This document shows, piece after piece, positions 49,212-60,744 of a stretch of DNA of 64,000 nt (position 1 is its first letter; each line of letters opens with the position of its first letter). The notes under the pieces are model-generated. The model was not told where the DNA came from. It was given only the letters and a program-made list of their open reading frames with translations, and searched no databases. The stretch is from Dendrobates tinctorius (Eukaryota). The position numbers and the translations under genes are program-made. The DNA lies in NCBI RefSeq assembly GCF_039654945.1, contig NW_027361766.1, positions 36,890,001 to 36,954,000 on the forward strand. The letters run 5' to 3'.

Positions 49212-50680
49212 CCGTATTTTTCAGACTATAAGCACCGGACCATAAGAATCACTCCAAACTTTCTGGAGGAAAATAGGGGAAAATATTTAATGTGTCAAAT
49301 GGGGGTCTGTCTTACAGTCCTGAATTCAGTGTACCGGTGAGGGGGGCAGCGGTGGTGGTTGAACGAGGTCACAGGAGGTGCACTTACATAGTTTCTGTTA
49401 GGGTTGCGGATCGCACTAAATATAAAATATGAGAAAGTGCGATTGCAACCCGGGGTCCACCGTGCAGAGGTGGTATGCTGCTGCTACGTAATGGCGGAAC
49501 TAGATGGTGGGTAAACGCTTGCTCACACGTGGGTTAACTTCACCCAATGTGAATAGAGGTGAACTCTGTTGCTCCACAGAGCCGCTGAAACAAACGCCAG
49601 AGCCTGTTGAACTCACAGAGCTCAGCTGAGTGAGTGCTAATTAGGGGTCACAGAGCCCTGTCCTAGAGACACCGGACTAGAGTTCCTCTAGACCATCAGC
49701 ACTCGGCGCCGTGGCTGCGGTGCCAGCAAAAGGTAAAAGTATATACCAAGTGCACACAGTGCCGCTTCGGCGGATGCCACTAACCACCCAGGACGGGGAG
49801 GAAAGCGCTGGTGCGGTATGATAGTGCCCATAGCAGGGAGTCACAGTTGGATGCTAGTGTGCGTAAAGTACTGGGAGCATGGTGGCTTGAGCATAGCCAC
49901 CCATTGGCGCTGACTCTCACTCTGAATCCCTAACCAACATGCGTATCAAAGGGAGGAGAGTTTTAATGAGTCAGTCACCAGATACATGCATCCATCATCA
50001 CACACACAAATAAGCATAAGAGTCTATCCTAGCGCATGGCCAAGCGGCCATGCAACTCATTTTTAGTGGCGTCCTTCCGGGACCTTCCCAGAGATGGAGC
50101 AATCTGATCAGGAGCGGGACCTGCGCATGTGACCTCCGACCTCCAATGAGAGGTTGTCCCACGGTCATGCTCAGTACCCAAAAGATAGGACTTAGTCCCA
50201 GAAGCGTCTACTTGCTGCTGACTCAGGCATGGAGATATAGCAGACCCAGAATGAGCAACCAGACGCCTAGCATCAACCTGGGCAAGACACCTGGAGCGAT
50301 GACCCTGCTGAGCAGGAATCGCTGTGGCTGCAGAGGAATGGGAGACCGCAGAGAGAATGGCTTGTGATTCCCCCTGTGCAGTGGGGAAAGCTTGACGCCT
50401 AACAGTTTCAATGTGAAGGAGTCTGGGAAAATGGCCACCGGAGGTGGCACATGCACAGATTGAGATCTCTTGAGATGAAACCTTGGGAGATGAGGTCTTG
50501 GTGCCGAGCTCTTAATCTGTACATGTGTCGCCTCCAATGTCCAACACATTGAAACCATGGATGTGCAGGGACTCTAGGCTTTCACAAAATGTCGACAGGG
50601 CTCCAGCCTGCAACTCACAGCGTCGCAATTCTGAATAGCCCCTACTCCCATACCAGGGCCTGCAACATGGCCTGTAGTAT
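49212..50680. mobile_element. Tc2/pogo-type non-autonomous fragment hosting a solo LTR
   Basis: TA|CCGTATTTTTCAGACTATAAG terminus; right end not found, so the end coordinate is approximate. Confidence 0.5.
49396..50404. mobile_element. Solo LTR, 1009 bp
   Basis: TGTTAGG...CCTAACA ends with 5-bp TSD GTTTC. Confidence 0.9.
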
Positions 50681-52363
50681 TGCCCATATATATGTAATAT
50701 CTCATTGCTCACCTCTGCTGTATAAATCACTGGAGATATGTATATACCTATATCTCCTAAGTGTTTATTATGATCTGGTCTTTGCTGATACTGCAGAGGA
50801 TGATATAGAACATTCAATTTCCAGAGAATAACTTATGGGCATAATTTGGTGAATTCGAATTTTGGCAGAACTGCTCATCTCTAGTGTTTACATGAACAAT
50901 TTTGAATATGTTCTAATTTATTCTCAATGTACAAATAGCTGCACCTAGTGTAATTAACATTCCTAAAGGGATCTCAAATGTTTCAAGTAAACTGGTACTT
51001 AAATTTAATTATTATTTTTCATCTTTTTTTTTTAATGAGTCCCTTGTGGAGTAAGAGCAAAGACATACAACTATAAATACCAATGTTTTAGTCCTGCATC
51101 ACATATGAACTATCACTCTACACTGTATCGAGGGTAAGTTACCAATCATTACATTTGTAGTGACATGGGATTGGAGATAGTGTTTTCTGAATATTCTCTG
51201 CCTTGAAGTTCTAATGTTTTGTAATGTAGCAGCATATTATGATGATTGCATATGAACAAAAAATGTAAATGAATGAACTCATTATTTGCTACTGTAACTT
51301 GCAATCTTCCAGTGTTCCTTCTACACTTTGCATTAGAGAAAGGAAGGAGTTAAAACAACCCGTATTTAACCTGCATCTAAGCTAGTTAATGATGTAACAT
51401 TTTTTCTTTACATCTTCTGTAGAGTGAGTTACTAGACCTACAGTCAGTATGCTAGAAAACACTCATTGTGATAAATGCTATAGAAATAGATAAACCAACA
51501 TTTTTTCACAATCTCTCCTCTAATAGAAATACCAAGATTAGAGTTAAGTGAATCTTTACAAATATTTTATATCTTTTCTAGCTGATGAATCAGAACAGTT
51601 TGCTATAAATCCAAATCTTGAAAACCATATTTATATACTTACTTTTTCATTCTTCTATCTTAATAATTAACATCATACCAATTTTCAATCAGTCTCAACC
51701 TTGGGAAAACAATTGCATAGTTTCTATTCAGAGCTAAAGAAGAATTAGGAACCTGAAAAGCAATTATTAGCAATAGCATGCTCATTTTACCTCCATGATG
51801 TACGAATTGCATTGATGTTTTTCTGTGGGTACAACAGCTCCATTAAGCATTATCAGTGGGATCACCATTTTTTTTCTTTTACCAAGCAATAACCATTCCA
51901 TATGTATTTGACGGAAGTAAAACCTCTGTCTATCTCTATGAAACTCGAGATGTATGGAAGTGCATTTGGAGCGCCAACGTGGATGAAGGATGCCATACAA
52001 AGGCTCCAAACTCCTTAGTTTTTCCTAGGCATTGCCCCACCATGTGCTTAGCTCCTTCATCACACAAAGTAATTTCACAAATATAAATAATCCAATTTTG
52101 TCAAAGATAATCAAAAGCTCAACATAACAAAATTTAAATGATTTCCCAGATAGATACAATATACAGTCTCCGTTGTAGAAGTTTACAACCTTTTTTACGC
52201 CTACTTGGGTGTTTGCTTTTTACTCATAAATATTAGTATTGTTATTACTATAATTGCTATTTGATACAGTAGATTACATTTGCCGTGAATATTATGATAT
52301 GATAAAAATAAGTCTCCTCCTTTTTCAGGTTGCACAATTGTCAGCTTCCTCTGCAGATGCACA

Positions 52364-53305
52364 ATGGAGATCCGTTTATTGATAAAATCTTTTGCTTTTG
52401 TTCTTCTTGTGGTTTTTGGTATCCCGGGAAATGTCTACATTGCAATCAAATTTTTGCACATTAGGATTTTGGAAAAAAAGCTCTTACCTACTAACACCAT
52501 ACTAATGACACTCTCAGTTGTTAACATTTTTGTGCTTCTGTCCCGTGTCATGTTACAGGCTCTGAACGCCATTGGATTAGAAAATATCTTGAATGATGGA
52601 GAATGCAGATTGTTTATCTTCACTTTTAGAGTTAGTAGAGCCATGTCGATTTGTGTAACCAGTTTGCTTAGCTGCCACCAGTGTATACTTATTGCACCAG
52701 CCAATAAAAAGTGGAAATACCTCAAACAAATAGTAAACCCAAATGTTTCAATTATATTGGCAATGCTTTTAGGAATGAACATGTCACTTTACCCCTCTAG
52801 TATTTTATATGGACGAGCACAATCCAATGATACCCTCTCACCGTACACATTGCGCCTAGCATACTGTGATGTTGACTTTCTAAACTATCTAACCTATATT
52901 ATTAATGGATTGGTATCTGCGGTTCGAGAAATTATATTTGTGGGGTTAATGATCCTTTCCAGTACCTATATTGTATATGTTCTCCATAATCATGGTAAAG
53001 CCATGAAGGGAAAGCGCAGTTCAGACAAAGTACAAAACAAGACAATTGAGTACAAAGCTTCGAAAGCAGTCATTATGTTGGTCATAATGTATGGACTATT
53101 GTTTGGCATGGATAACTGCATGTGGATATATACTATAACTATGTCCAACGTAGGCTCTGATGTCAGTGACACTCGATTATTCCTTGCTGCCTCTTATGCA
53201 GTGCTGAGCCCATATCTAATTTTTGCTACTAATCCTAAAGTGAACCAAGGATTCAAAAACCCATTCAGAACAGAGAGGATTGAAAGAAAAATCGGCATTT
53301 CTTGA
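52364..53305 (+). CDS. Vomeronasal type-1 receptor (V1R / ORA-like) GPCR, 313 aa, duplicate B
   Basis: Intact ORF; 18 nt and 7 aa differences from 28364-29305. Confidence 0.96.
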   Translation: MEIRLLIKSFAFVLLVVFGIPGNVYIAIKFLHIRILEKKLLPTNTILMTLSVVNIFVLLSRVMLQALNAIGLENILNDGECRLFIFTFRVSRAMSICVTSLLSCHQCILIAPANKKWKYLKQIVNPNVSIILAMLLGMNMSLYPSSILYGRAQSNDTLSPYTLRLAYCDVDFLNYLTYIINGLVSAVREIIFVGLMILSSTYIVYVLHNHGKAMKGKRSSDKVQNKTIEYKASKAVIMLVIMYGLLFGMDNCMWIYTITMSNVGSDVSDTRLFLAASYAVLSPYLIFATNPKVNQGFKNPFRTERIERKIGIS

Positions 53306-53408
53306 GCACTTAGAGCAGGCTCAAGATACCAAGCAATAACCATTTTCATATCATTACTCAATTATAAAGACTTAATTGCAATTTCTATTATACTGAAATA
53401 GAAGTTAA

Positions 53409-53781
53409 AGGGGTTGTCAATTACCCTGACAGCCCTTCTCCATCCCTGTTTCCCCCATTTGTGTCAGCACTGGATCTCCTAGTGATTGCGTGACATTGTT
53501 ATGTCTCGCGATCTCTGAGGCCAATCAGCTTCACTCACCCCTCCTTTGGACAAATTAAGACATCAGGAGGAAGTGAGGGCAGCCACAGCTATCAATTGCT
53601 TTGGAAGTCAATTATGTTCATAGGGGGGAGAGTGAAGACAGCTATGTTTGATTGCAGGCATCGCATGACATAACAATGATGTCCAGTGCCGACAACACTG
53701 CAACAGTGAGTAGAAGTGTTATTATTTTACTTGGGAGAACCTACACATTGAGAAGGGAGTGTCCGAGTAGTGGAAAACCCT
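53409..53781. mobile_element. T2/Kolobok-type MITE just 3' of V1R copy B
   Basis: Paralogue of 29386-29759. Confidence 0.78.
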
Positions 53782-54728
53782 TATAGTCTTCAATGGAAAA
53801 ATGTAGAAGATATACATTTGACAAATCCCTGAGAACAAGGTTTGTTATTTATCACAGGCATTATTGGAATAATAACATTTTTACTGTGGCTTTTGTTCAG
53901 TGCCTATAGGGAACAGGTAACTATACCATTTGTTTGGAAAAATAGGTATATTACTCTGTGGTTGGAACAGAGATATGCAGCCCGTTTACACCAGCCTCAG
54001 CACAATTGGTCTGACTAATATATCTGGTGTTAAGGATGTTGTCAGTAGACAATACCATTTCATATAACTTAATTGGCCAGTAGAAGGCGACAGCTAAGTT
54101 GGACCCTTTTTCTATGAGCCAGAAAAGAAATCCGCCTGTAGAATTGGTTTCCATAATGAGATTTGAGATAACCTTATATACAGTATAACACTACACATAA
54201 CACTTGTTAAAACTTCCCTTGGCAATAACATTTTTCAGTAGTTATCTTTGATGACAGCATTATGTGTTCCTACATTGTGTTGCAATAAATAATTTTATAT
54301 GCGTACATACTATTTCAGGCAGAAGATCATTAGGAATTAGAAAAGTAGTTGAGAACAAAATGAAATAGAAAGTTACATGTAATAAAGGTGGACATGTGAT
54401 CCGTTACTGTGTTCAGGAAAGTTTTAATTAAACATGATGCTGTATGAAGCTTAAAATGTTTTTTCCACAAACAAAGGTAATTTTAATCAATAGATTTAAA
54501 AATAAAACAAATTCCACAATTGGTTTTGATTAAATAAAATGTTTCTGTCCTGAGATAATCTTATAATGTGCCCCTACTGTGTACTGTGTAGTGGTTGTGT
54601 CTGACAGCACAGGATTATGGTTTCATCACACTACATCTCCTGGGCAGGGGAGGAAGCAAAAGAGAGTGTACAGGCATTACAGCACAGGATCACAAAGAAT
54701 TCTTTCTTTGAGGCAAAACATAGCCTAG

Positions 54729-55980
54729 CCCCTTCACGACATGTGCCATACTAGTATGTTGCATGTCATCTCTCCCCCTTTGAGGTGAGCTCCGGCGGTG
54801 AGACCACATCTTTTCAGGCACATGTCAGAGGTTTTGAACAGCTGAAATGTGCCCGGAACAGCTGCGGTTGGAATCGCAATTCACATGAGGCTTTTAACCT
54901 GTTAAATGCCCCTGTCAAACTTTGACAGCAGTGTTTAATGCTCGCTTCCAGCCATCAGGCAGGTAATTCACCCATCGGTGACCCCCATCACGTGATCGCG
55001 GGTCACCGATGGGTTGGCATGACAACCAGAGGTCTCCTGGAGATCTCTATGGTTGTCACTGATGGCTTGCTGTGATTGTCGCCCGGTTGTTAGTGCTTAT
55101 AGCAAGTGAGGTATTCTGCTACGTACAGGTGATCTGATCATCGCCTGTATGTAGCAGCGCCGATCGGATTATGGCAGCTTCTAGTCTTCCATGGAGATTA
55201 TTGAAGCATGCCAAACATCTAAAAAAAAATTTAAAAATATTAAAAAGATAAAAAATATAAAAGTTTAAATCACCCCCCTTTCGTCCCATTCAAAATAAAA
55301 CAACAAAAAAAAACAAAAAAACATACACATATTTGGTAGCGCCGTGTTCAGAATCGCCTGATCTATTAATAAAATAAAAGGATTAACCAATTGCTATACG
55401 GCGTAGTGAGAAAAAAGGTAAAATTCCAGAACTTTTTTTGGTCGCAACGACATTGTATTAAAATTCAATAACAGGCGATGAAAAGATTGTATGTGCACCA
55501 AAATGGTATGAATAAAAACGTCAGCTTAGCTTGCAAAAAATAAGGCTTCACCCAACCCGACATCACGAAAAATGGAGACGCCACGGGTCTCGGAAAATGG
55601 CACAGTTTTTTTTTTTTTTACAAACTTTGGATTTTTTTCACCACTTAAATAAAAGAGAACTTAGACATGTTTGGTGCCTATGAACTCATAATGACCTGGA
55701 GAATCATAACGGAAGGTCATTCTTATCATTTGGCGAACATGGTAGAAAAAAAAAGTGGAATTGCACTTTTTTTTGCAATTTCACCACACTTGGAATGTTT
55801 TTCCCATTTGTGAGTATACTATATTGTAAAACCAATGATGTTGTTCAAAAGTACAACTTGTCCCGCAAAAAAGCCCTCACATGGCTATATTGACGAAAAA
55901 CTAAAAAAGTTATGACTCTGGGAAGAAGGGAGCTAAAAAACAAAAGCGCAAAAATGAAAAAGGGCCATGTCTTGAAGGGG
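54729..55980. mobile_element. piggyBac-type non-autonomous element
   Basis: CCCCTTCACGACATG...CATGTCTTGAAGGGG TIRs; TTAA on the right, degenerate CTAG on the left. Confidence 0.82.
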
Positions 55981-56136
55981 TTAATAACTGACAGGGTAAT
56001 GCTTTTCTTTACAAAAAGAAGCAGCTGTGATCCCTGCACAGTACGACATAGCCACTACACAAGACACAGCAGGGGCACATTTATAAGATTATCTCAACGC
56101 AGGAAAAAATGTTTTAAACACATCAAATTGTGAAAC

Positions 56137-56183
<47 letters not shown>
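56137..56183. repeat. (TTA)n microsatellite, copy B only
   Basis: About 15 TTA units; not expanded at the equivalent position in copy A (near 31783). Confidence 0.95.
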
Positions 56184-56185
<2 letters not shown>

Positions 56186-59100
56186 GATCTATTGATTAGA
56201 ATGAACTTTGTTCTTGGGACAACCCTTGAAGCTGTTACTAAGGGTTAGAATAATTTTGATATGTATATATTACAGTCATAGCACCTCACATTTTGGATTT
56301 GGGTTGATCTGATGATGGGACGATTGAGTTTAGTGGGCTACTGCGCTTTTGTGCCCTCATCAAAAAGGTGGCCACTGACAAAAAGGAAATCAGAGAAAGC
56401 TCTTTCTGCTTCATTTAAAGTCAAATTCCTAGCCAGCAGTTACACCCGAATCTTGTTTGTCAGAACTTCAGGCACTAATCAAGATGGTGCCATTGACGTG
56501 ACAAAAATGCAATGTGAACCTGCCCTTATTTTGAATTTCAGTTGGAGGCAATATCTTCTTCAATAGATGGCTTAACACTCCACAAGTCAGTCTAAAGTTG
56601 TTTTTAATTTATGCTGTATCCTATCCTAAACTTCTACCCCAGGAGAGGTTAGAGTGCACACACAGATTTGCCAAATTGGGCTCTAAATACCCCAATTTTA
56701 TAAGTATATTCTATAAGGCATAATTAATCTAGAAGATCATATATTCAATGTTTACATGTATCAGTCCATAAAGTGTGTTGATGCACTTTTTTAAATATGC
56801 AATACTGCTACCACAACAGCTTGCATCTGTTCATTTCTGCTTCATTCTATTAGGATGTGCTGGTCAGTTTTGTTTTATGTAAGGGCGAGGGTAGGCATTA
56901 TATGTGTTAGTTTATGTTGAAATGTCCAGTAGTTACTTTAATTTCTGGATCTGTTTTGGCATCATCAAAAGTTGAAATAAAATGTTCCTGTACTAGATCC
57001 ATTCATTTGAACACAACTGAAGGGTCTTAAAATGTTTTTTTTGCCTCTTTTCCAGATGCTTGTTTTTATCTAGATCAAAAAGTGTAGTCTGCACAACTTT
57101 TTTGTTCGGCCCAAGTAAAGAGATAGCAACTGCATCCATTTAAATTTAAATTTATAAGCAAAAGATTATAACAGATGTTTTGCTTTTTTTTATTTGTTTT
57201 TTCTTCATTTGCTCCTTTTGAAATAGTTTAAGTTTTTTTCAATGCTTGTTCTGTAAGGGAGAAGACCGGGCTGTGGGTACCAATAAGACACCGGGTCCGG
57301 AACTGTCGGGGTCACGTCCGGTGTTGCGGGGGGAAGAAATGGGAGGAGGAAAGAACCCATGATCCAGAGAGAAGGGGCATGGCAAGTGAGGGGAGGAGAG
57401 AGGGTTTAGTGTGGTAAGAGGCAGAGAGTTCCCGCCGGAGAGGAGGGAGAGCAGGGACTTGCTGCGCTCCGCAGGGAGAGTTAGACCGCACGTTAGTGAG
57501 AGAGAACAATGGCAGCGTACGCCAACCGGGAGAGTGTAGTGCAGGACTCCCAACCACAGAGCACATTAAACAGGAGGGTGTTGTGCAAAATTTCAGATTG
57601 GAGAACATGCCAAGTGGGAGAGTGTGGTGCAAAACTCCTGACTGTAGAGCATGCCTAGTGAGAGATTCTGGTAAAGGACTCCCAGCTGCAGAGCAGAGTG
57701 ATGAACTAGGGGCTCAATGGGTCAGACGGGTGACCGCCTGTTGCCGCCAGAAGAGTGAGCACTGAAGGTCTGAGTACCGGCATCGACCGCATCTCAACTT
57801 CTGTTTCTGGAGGAGTGAACAGCAACAGACTCACGATGAGTGAAGCAGTTGAATGCATAGATTGTGGCCCTGAGTTATACTGCTCTTCTTGTTATTTAGC
57901 TTAAAAATCTGTTTAACTCCTGGTTGGCTCCCTGTGAGGAGAACCCCTATTGTGTTAATTATGCCACATCCTTGCTAACCCTTGCACTGTGCCTCTGTGC
58001 TACTGCATCCTTTTACCTGCTTTACAGTTCCATTACAAATGGATGCCAACTTGATACGTGAACAGAGCTTAACATGCTCGAGTCAATTACATATGGAAAT
58101 AACTAGATATTGGACAAGCACACAGATTGGGACAATGACTGTTGAGAGTCATCTCTGAAAGCTGCCGATGGTGGTGGCTGATGATTTTGCAAGATTTCTA
58201 ACAATTACTTTTTCAGAGATAAGAAGTAAAGGAAGGAGGGGAAAGAGGTGAGCTGTTAATTGCTGTATAGAAATCAGTGGGCTGTAGAGAAGTGGCTAGT
58301 ATGTTAAGAGTTAACTGTTCCACTGGAATGTAACTACTACACAGTTTTGACCAGTGGTTTGGCAGGCGTCAGTTGCTTTACTCCATTAAAACTTGCTATA
58401 TAAAATATTAAAGCTGTAAAATTAACTGCAAAGTTGCTTATTTATGTTTTTTTCTTAGATTTTTATTTTTTGGAATAAAATACATTTATTATAAGCAATG
58501 CAATACCTAATGTCTTTCAGTTCTAGTCAGCTATGTTAGAACTTTTGCACAGTCCATTTTGCTTATGCTGTGCATGTATTGTGAAAGTGATTTAGATCCT
58601 GTGACTTGCACTCTATTGTATCTATCCTTTATACACCTGAATATGTTACTGTTTTGAAAATTAATAAATTGGACTTGGAAGAAGAATGTTGGCAGATTTT
58701 TCATTTCAGTCAGGGCCAGTATTAGCCTCACCCCAGGAAAATTTAAAAGTGGTGCCCTGAATTCTAACATATAATCCCTTTATGACCTCTCTATAACTTG
58801 CCTCCAACCATTAAAAGAGTTTTCCACTTTCATGAGAACTGGCATTATACCCGGGGAAGGTAAACACCATGTCAATTTATTAATTTATTTAGTGGAAAAT
58901 CCTGAAAGTAGAAATTCCTTATAATATTGAGCTAGCTTAGCTTAAAATCTAAAACAGCTGTACTGCAATAGCAAACCAAGAGTAGATTTCCTGTTTTATC
59001 TTAAAGGGTTTTTCACACTTGAATAAATTTTCAGCAAGCTCTGTAGCACCGGACCACAGAGTTAGGCACGAGAAAGGGAAATAGCTGGAGCTCCACTGTA

Positions 59101-59443
59101 ACACAGCTTGCTCCTGACTCCAGCTTTGTTGTGGAATAATATCACCATCAGTGAGTGCAGCACCTGATGACCCTTTATAGGAAGGAGGGAGTGGTCACAC
59201 CTGCTGACTGATCAAACATGTAATAACACCAGCAGCCACCGGGGGGGAACCCAGCCGAAGACTCACTAAGCATGTAGTAATCCAAGCGGCCACCGGGGGC
59301 AAAAACCCATATTAACCCCTGAGGGCCAGAAAGGAAAAAGGTAAGAGTCCAGACTCTGACAGATCCAAAGATGGATCGTGACACTAATTTTGTGTTCAGT
59401 ATTCCTCTCTAAAATTCAGCAATCTACAGCCAAAAATTTCCTG

Positions 59444-59810
59444 AGGGGTTGTCCACTACTTAACAATCGCTTCTTAAAATCTCAAGGAATCAGTATAAAA
59501 TTAACTTAATAAATATCTCCAATCCCAGCGCTTTGTCTCCTGCTGTTTTTTTACATAAACAATGGCACATGGCTGTTGAATGGCTGCAGTCTTTCCTATT
59601 CTATCAAAGTCGAAGAATAGTGACAGCTGCAGCTAGTCAGCAGCTGCTGAATTAATAGAGGTCACGTGATATTGATGATGTCATGATGCTTATACATAAC
59701 AGCACTGTGATCATAGGAATAGCACCAGTATGGGAGGTAAGTGTAGAGTGTATTTTGTGCTGCACCTTGGGACTAAGAAGAAAGAGCAGTCCAGTAGTGG
59801 ACAACCACTT
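59444..59810. mobile_element. T2/Kolobok-type MITE (left part deleted in copy A, 35617-35905)
   Basis: AGGGGTTGTCCACTACT...AGTAGTGGACAACCACT|TTAA. Confidence 0.7.
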
Positions 59811-60087
59811 TAATAATTTATGAAATCCTCTCTTGGCTTGTTTTTGATAAGCACCCTTTTGTAAAGGTTATAGTACGTCTCTTTTCTTGGGTTTTCCACT
59901 TTCATGGTTCTCCCCTGTAATGGCTAGCACTCAGTGTTCAGAAGGTTTGTTCCTGATTATTAGCCCACGCAAACATACCAGTGATAATATAAACTGATGA
60001 ATGAGCAAAAACACTGAAGTATTTATGACAAATCATTAAAAATCATTGCTATTGGCAGCAAATTGCATGGTGTACACAGAGGGTTGC

Positions 60088-60695
60088 TGTTATGAATGGG
60101 TCACCGAGGAGGATAGCAGGCCAGGCTAAGCCACAGAAAACCAGAGAGGTTGGTAACTAGCAGATGCAGACCCCTGATCCTATCCACACATATAGCAGTA
60201 GCTGTGGAGTGTACCTACGATGATCCTAGACGCCTCAGCACAGCCGGAGAGTTAACTAAGCCTAAAGCAAGAAAGGGGAAATCTAAACTGCCCTGAAGCA
60301 GAGCCCAAAGGAATAGATAGCCCCCAAACATATATTGTCGGTGAGACAAGATGAAAACACAAACGCAGGCAGAAAAATAGACTGAGCAAATGATGGGGCC
60401 CACACTGACTAGACAGGAAAGGAAAGACAATCATGCAAAAAACCCTTCAAAAAGTCCAACACGTCTGATGCACAAAAACACTGAAGTCGCACGACTTCGC
60501 CTCCACTTTATCAGCACTCTGGTATATTCTGAAAGCAAAGCAAAAAGAGACCAATATAAAAGGGGACAAAACAATCTTGAACATGTAGTAACATATGGGC
60601 GGTGATTCAGCACAGCCCCAGCCGGAGCTAGCTGACCCACACAAAGCAGAGATAAACAAAACCAGATCAAATGCAAGATCCAGAGAAGGGTGTAA
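60088..60695. mobile_element. Truncated LTR-like sequence
   Basis: Starts TGTTATGA immediately after duplication homology stops; second end not found. Confidence 0.5.
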
Positions 60696-60744
60696 TTACT
60701 TATGATACATTTTATACAAGCTTATAGAAAAATCGTGTTGTTAT

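Larger units (their letters stand above)
50701..60084 (+). repeat. Segmental duplication copy B (V1R-containing unit)
   Basis: Direct homology to 21004-36178; ends where an LTR begins at 60088. Confidence 0.93.

Noticed and set aside
28364-52364. The two duplicate V1R starts are exactly 24,000 bp apart
   Set aside because: The offset changes along the duplication because of many independent indels, so the round number is coincidence. The copies are too diverged to be an assembly duplicate.
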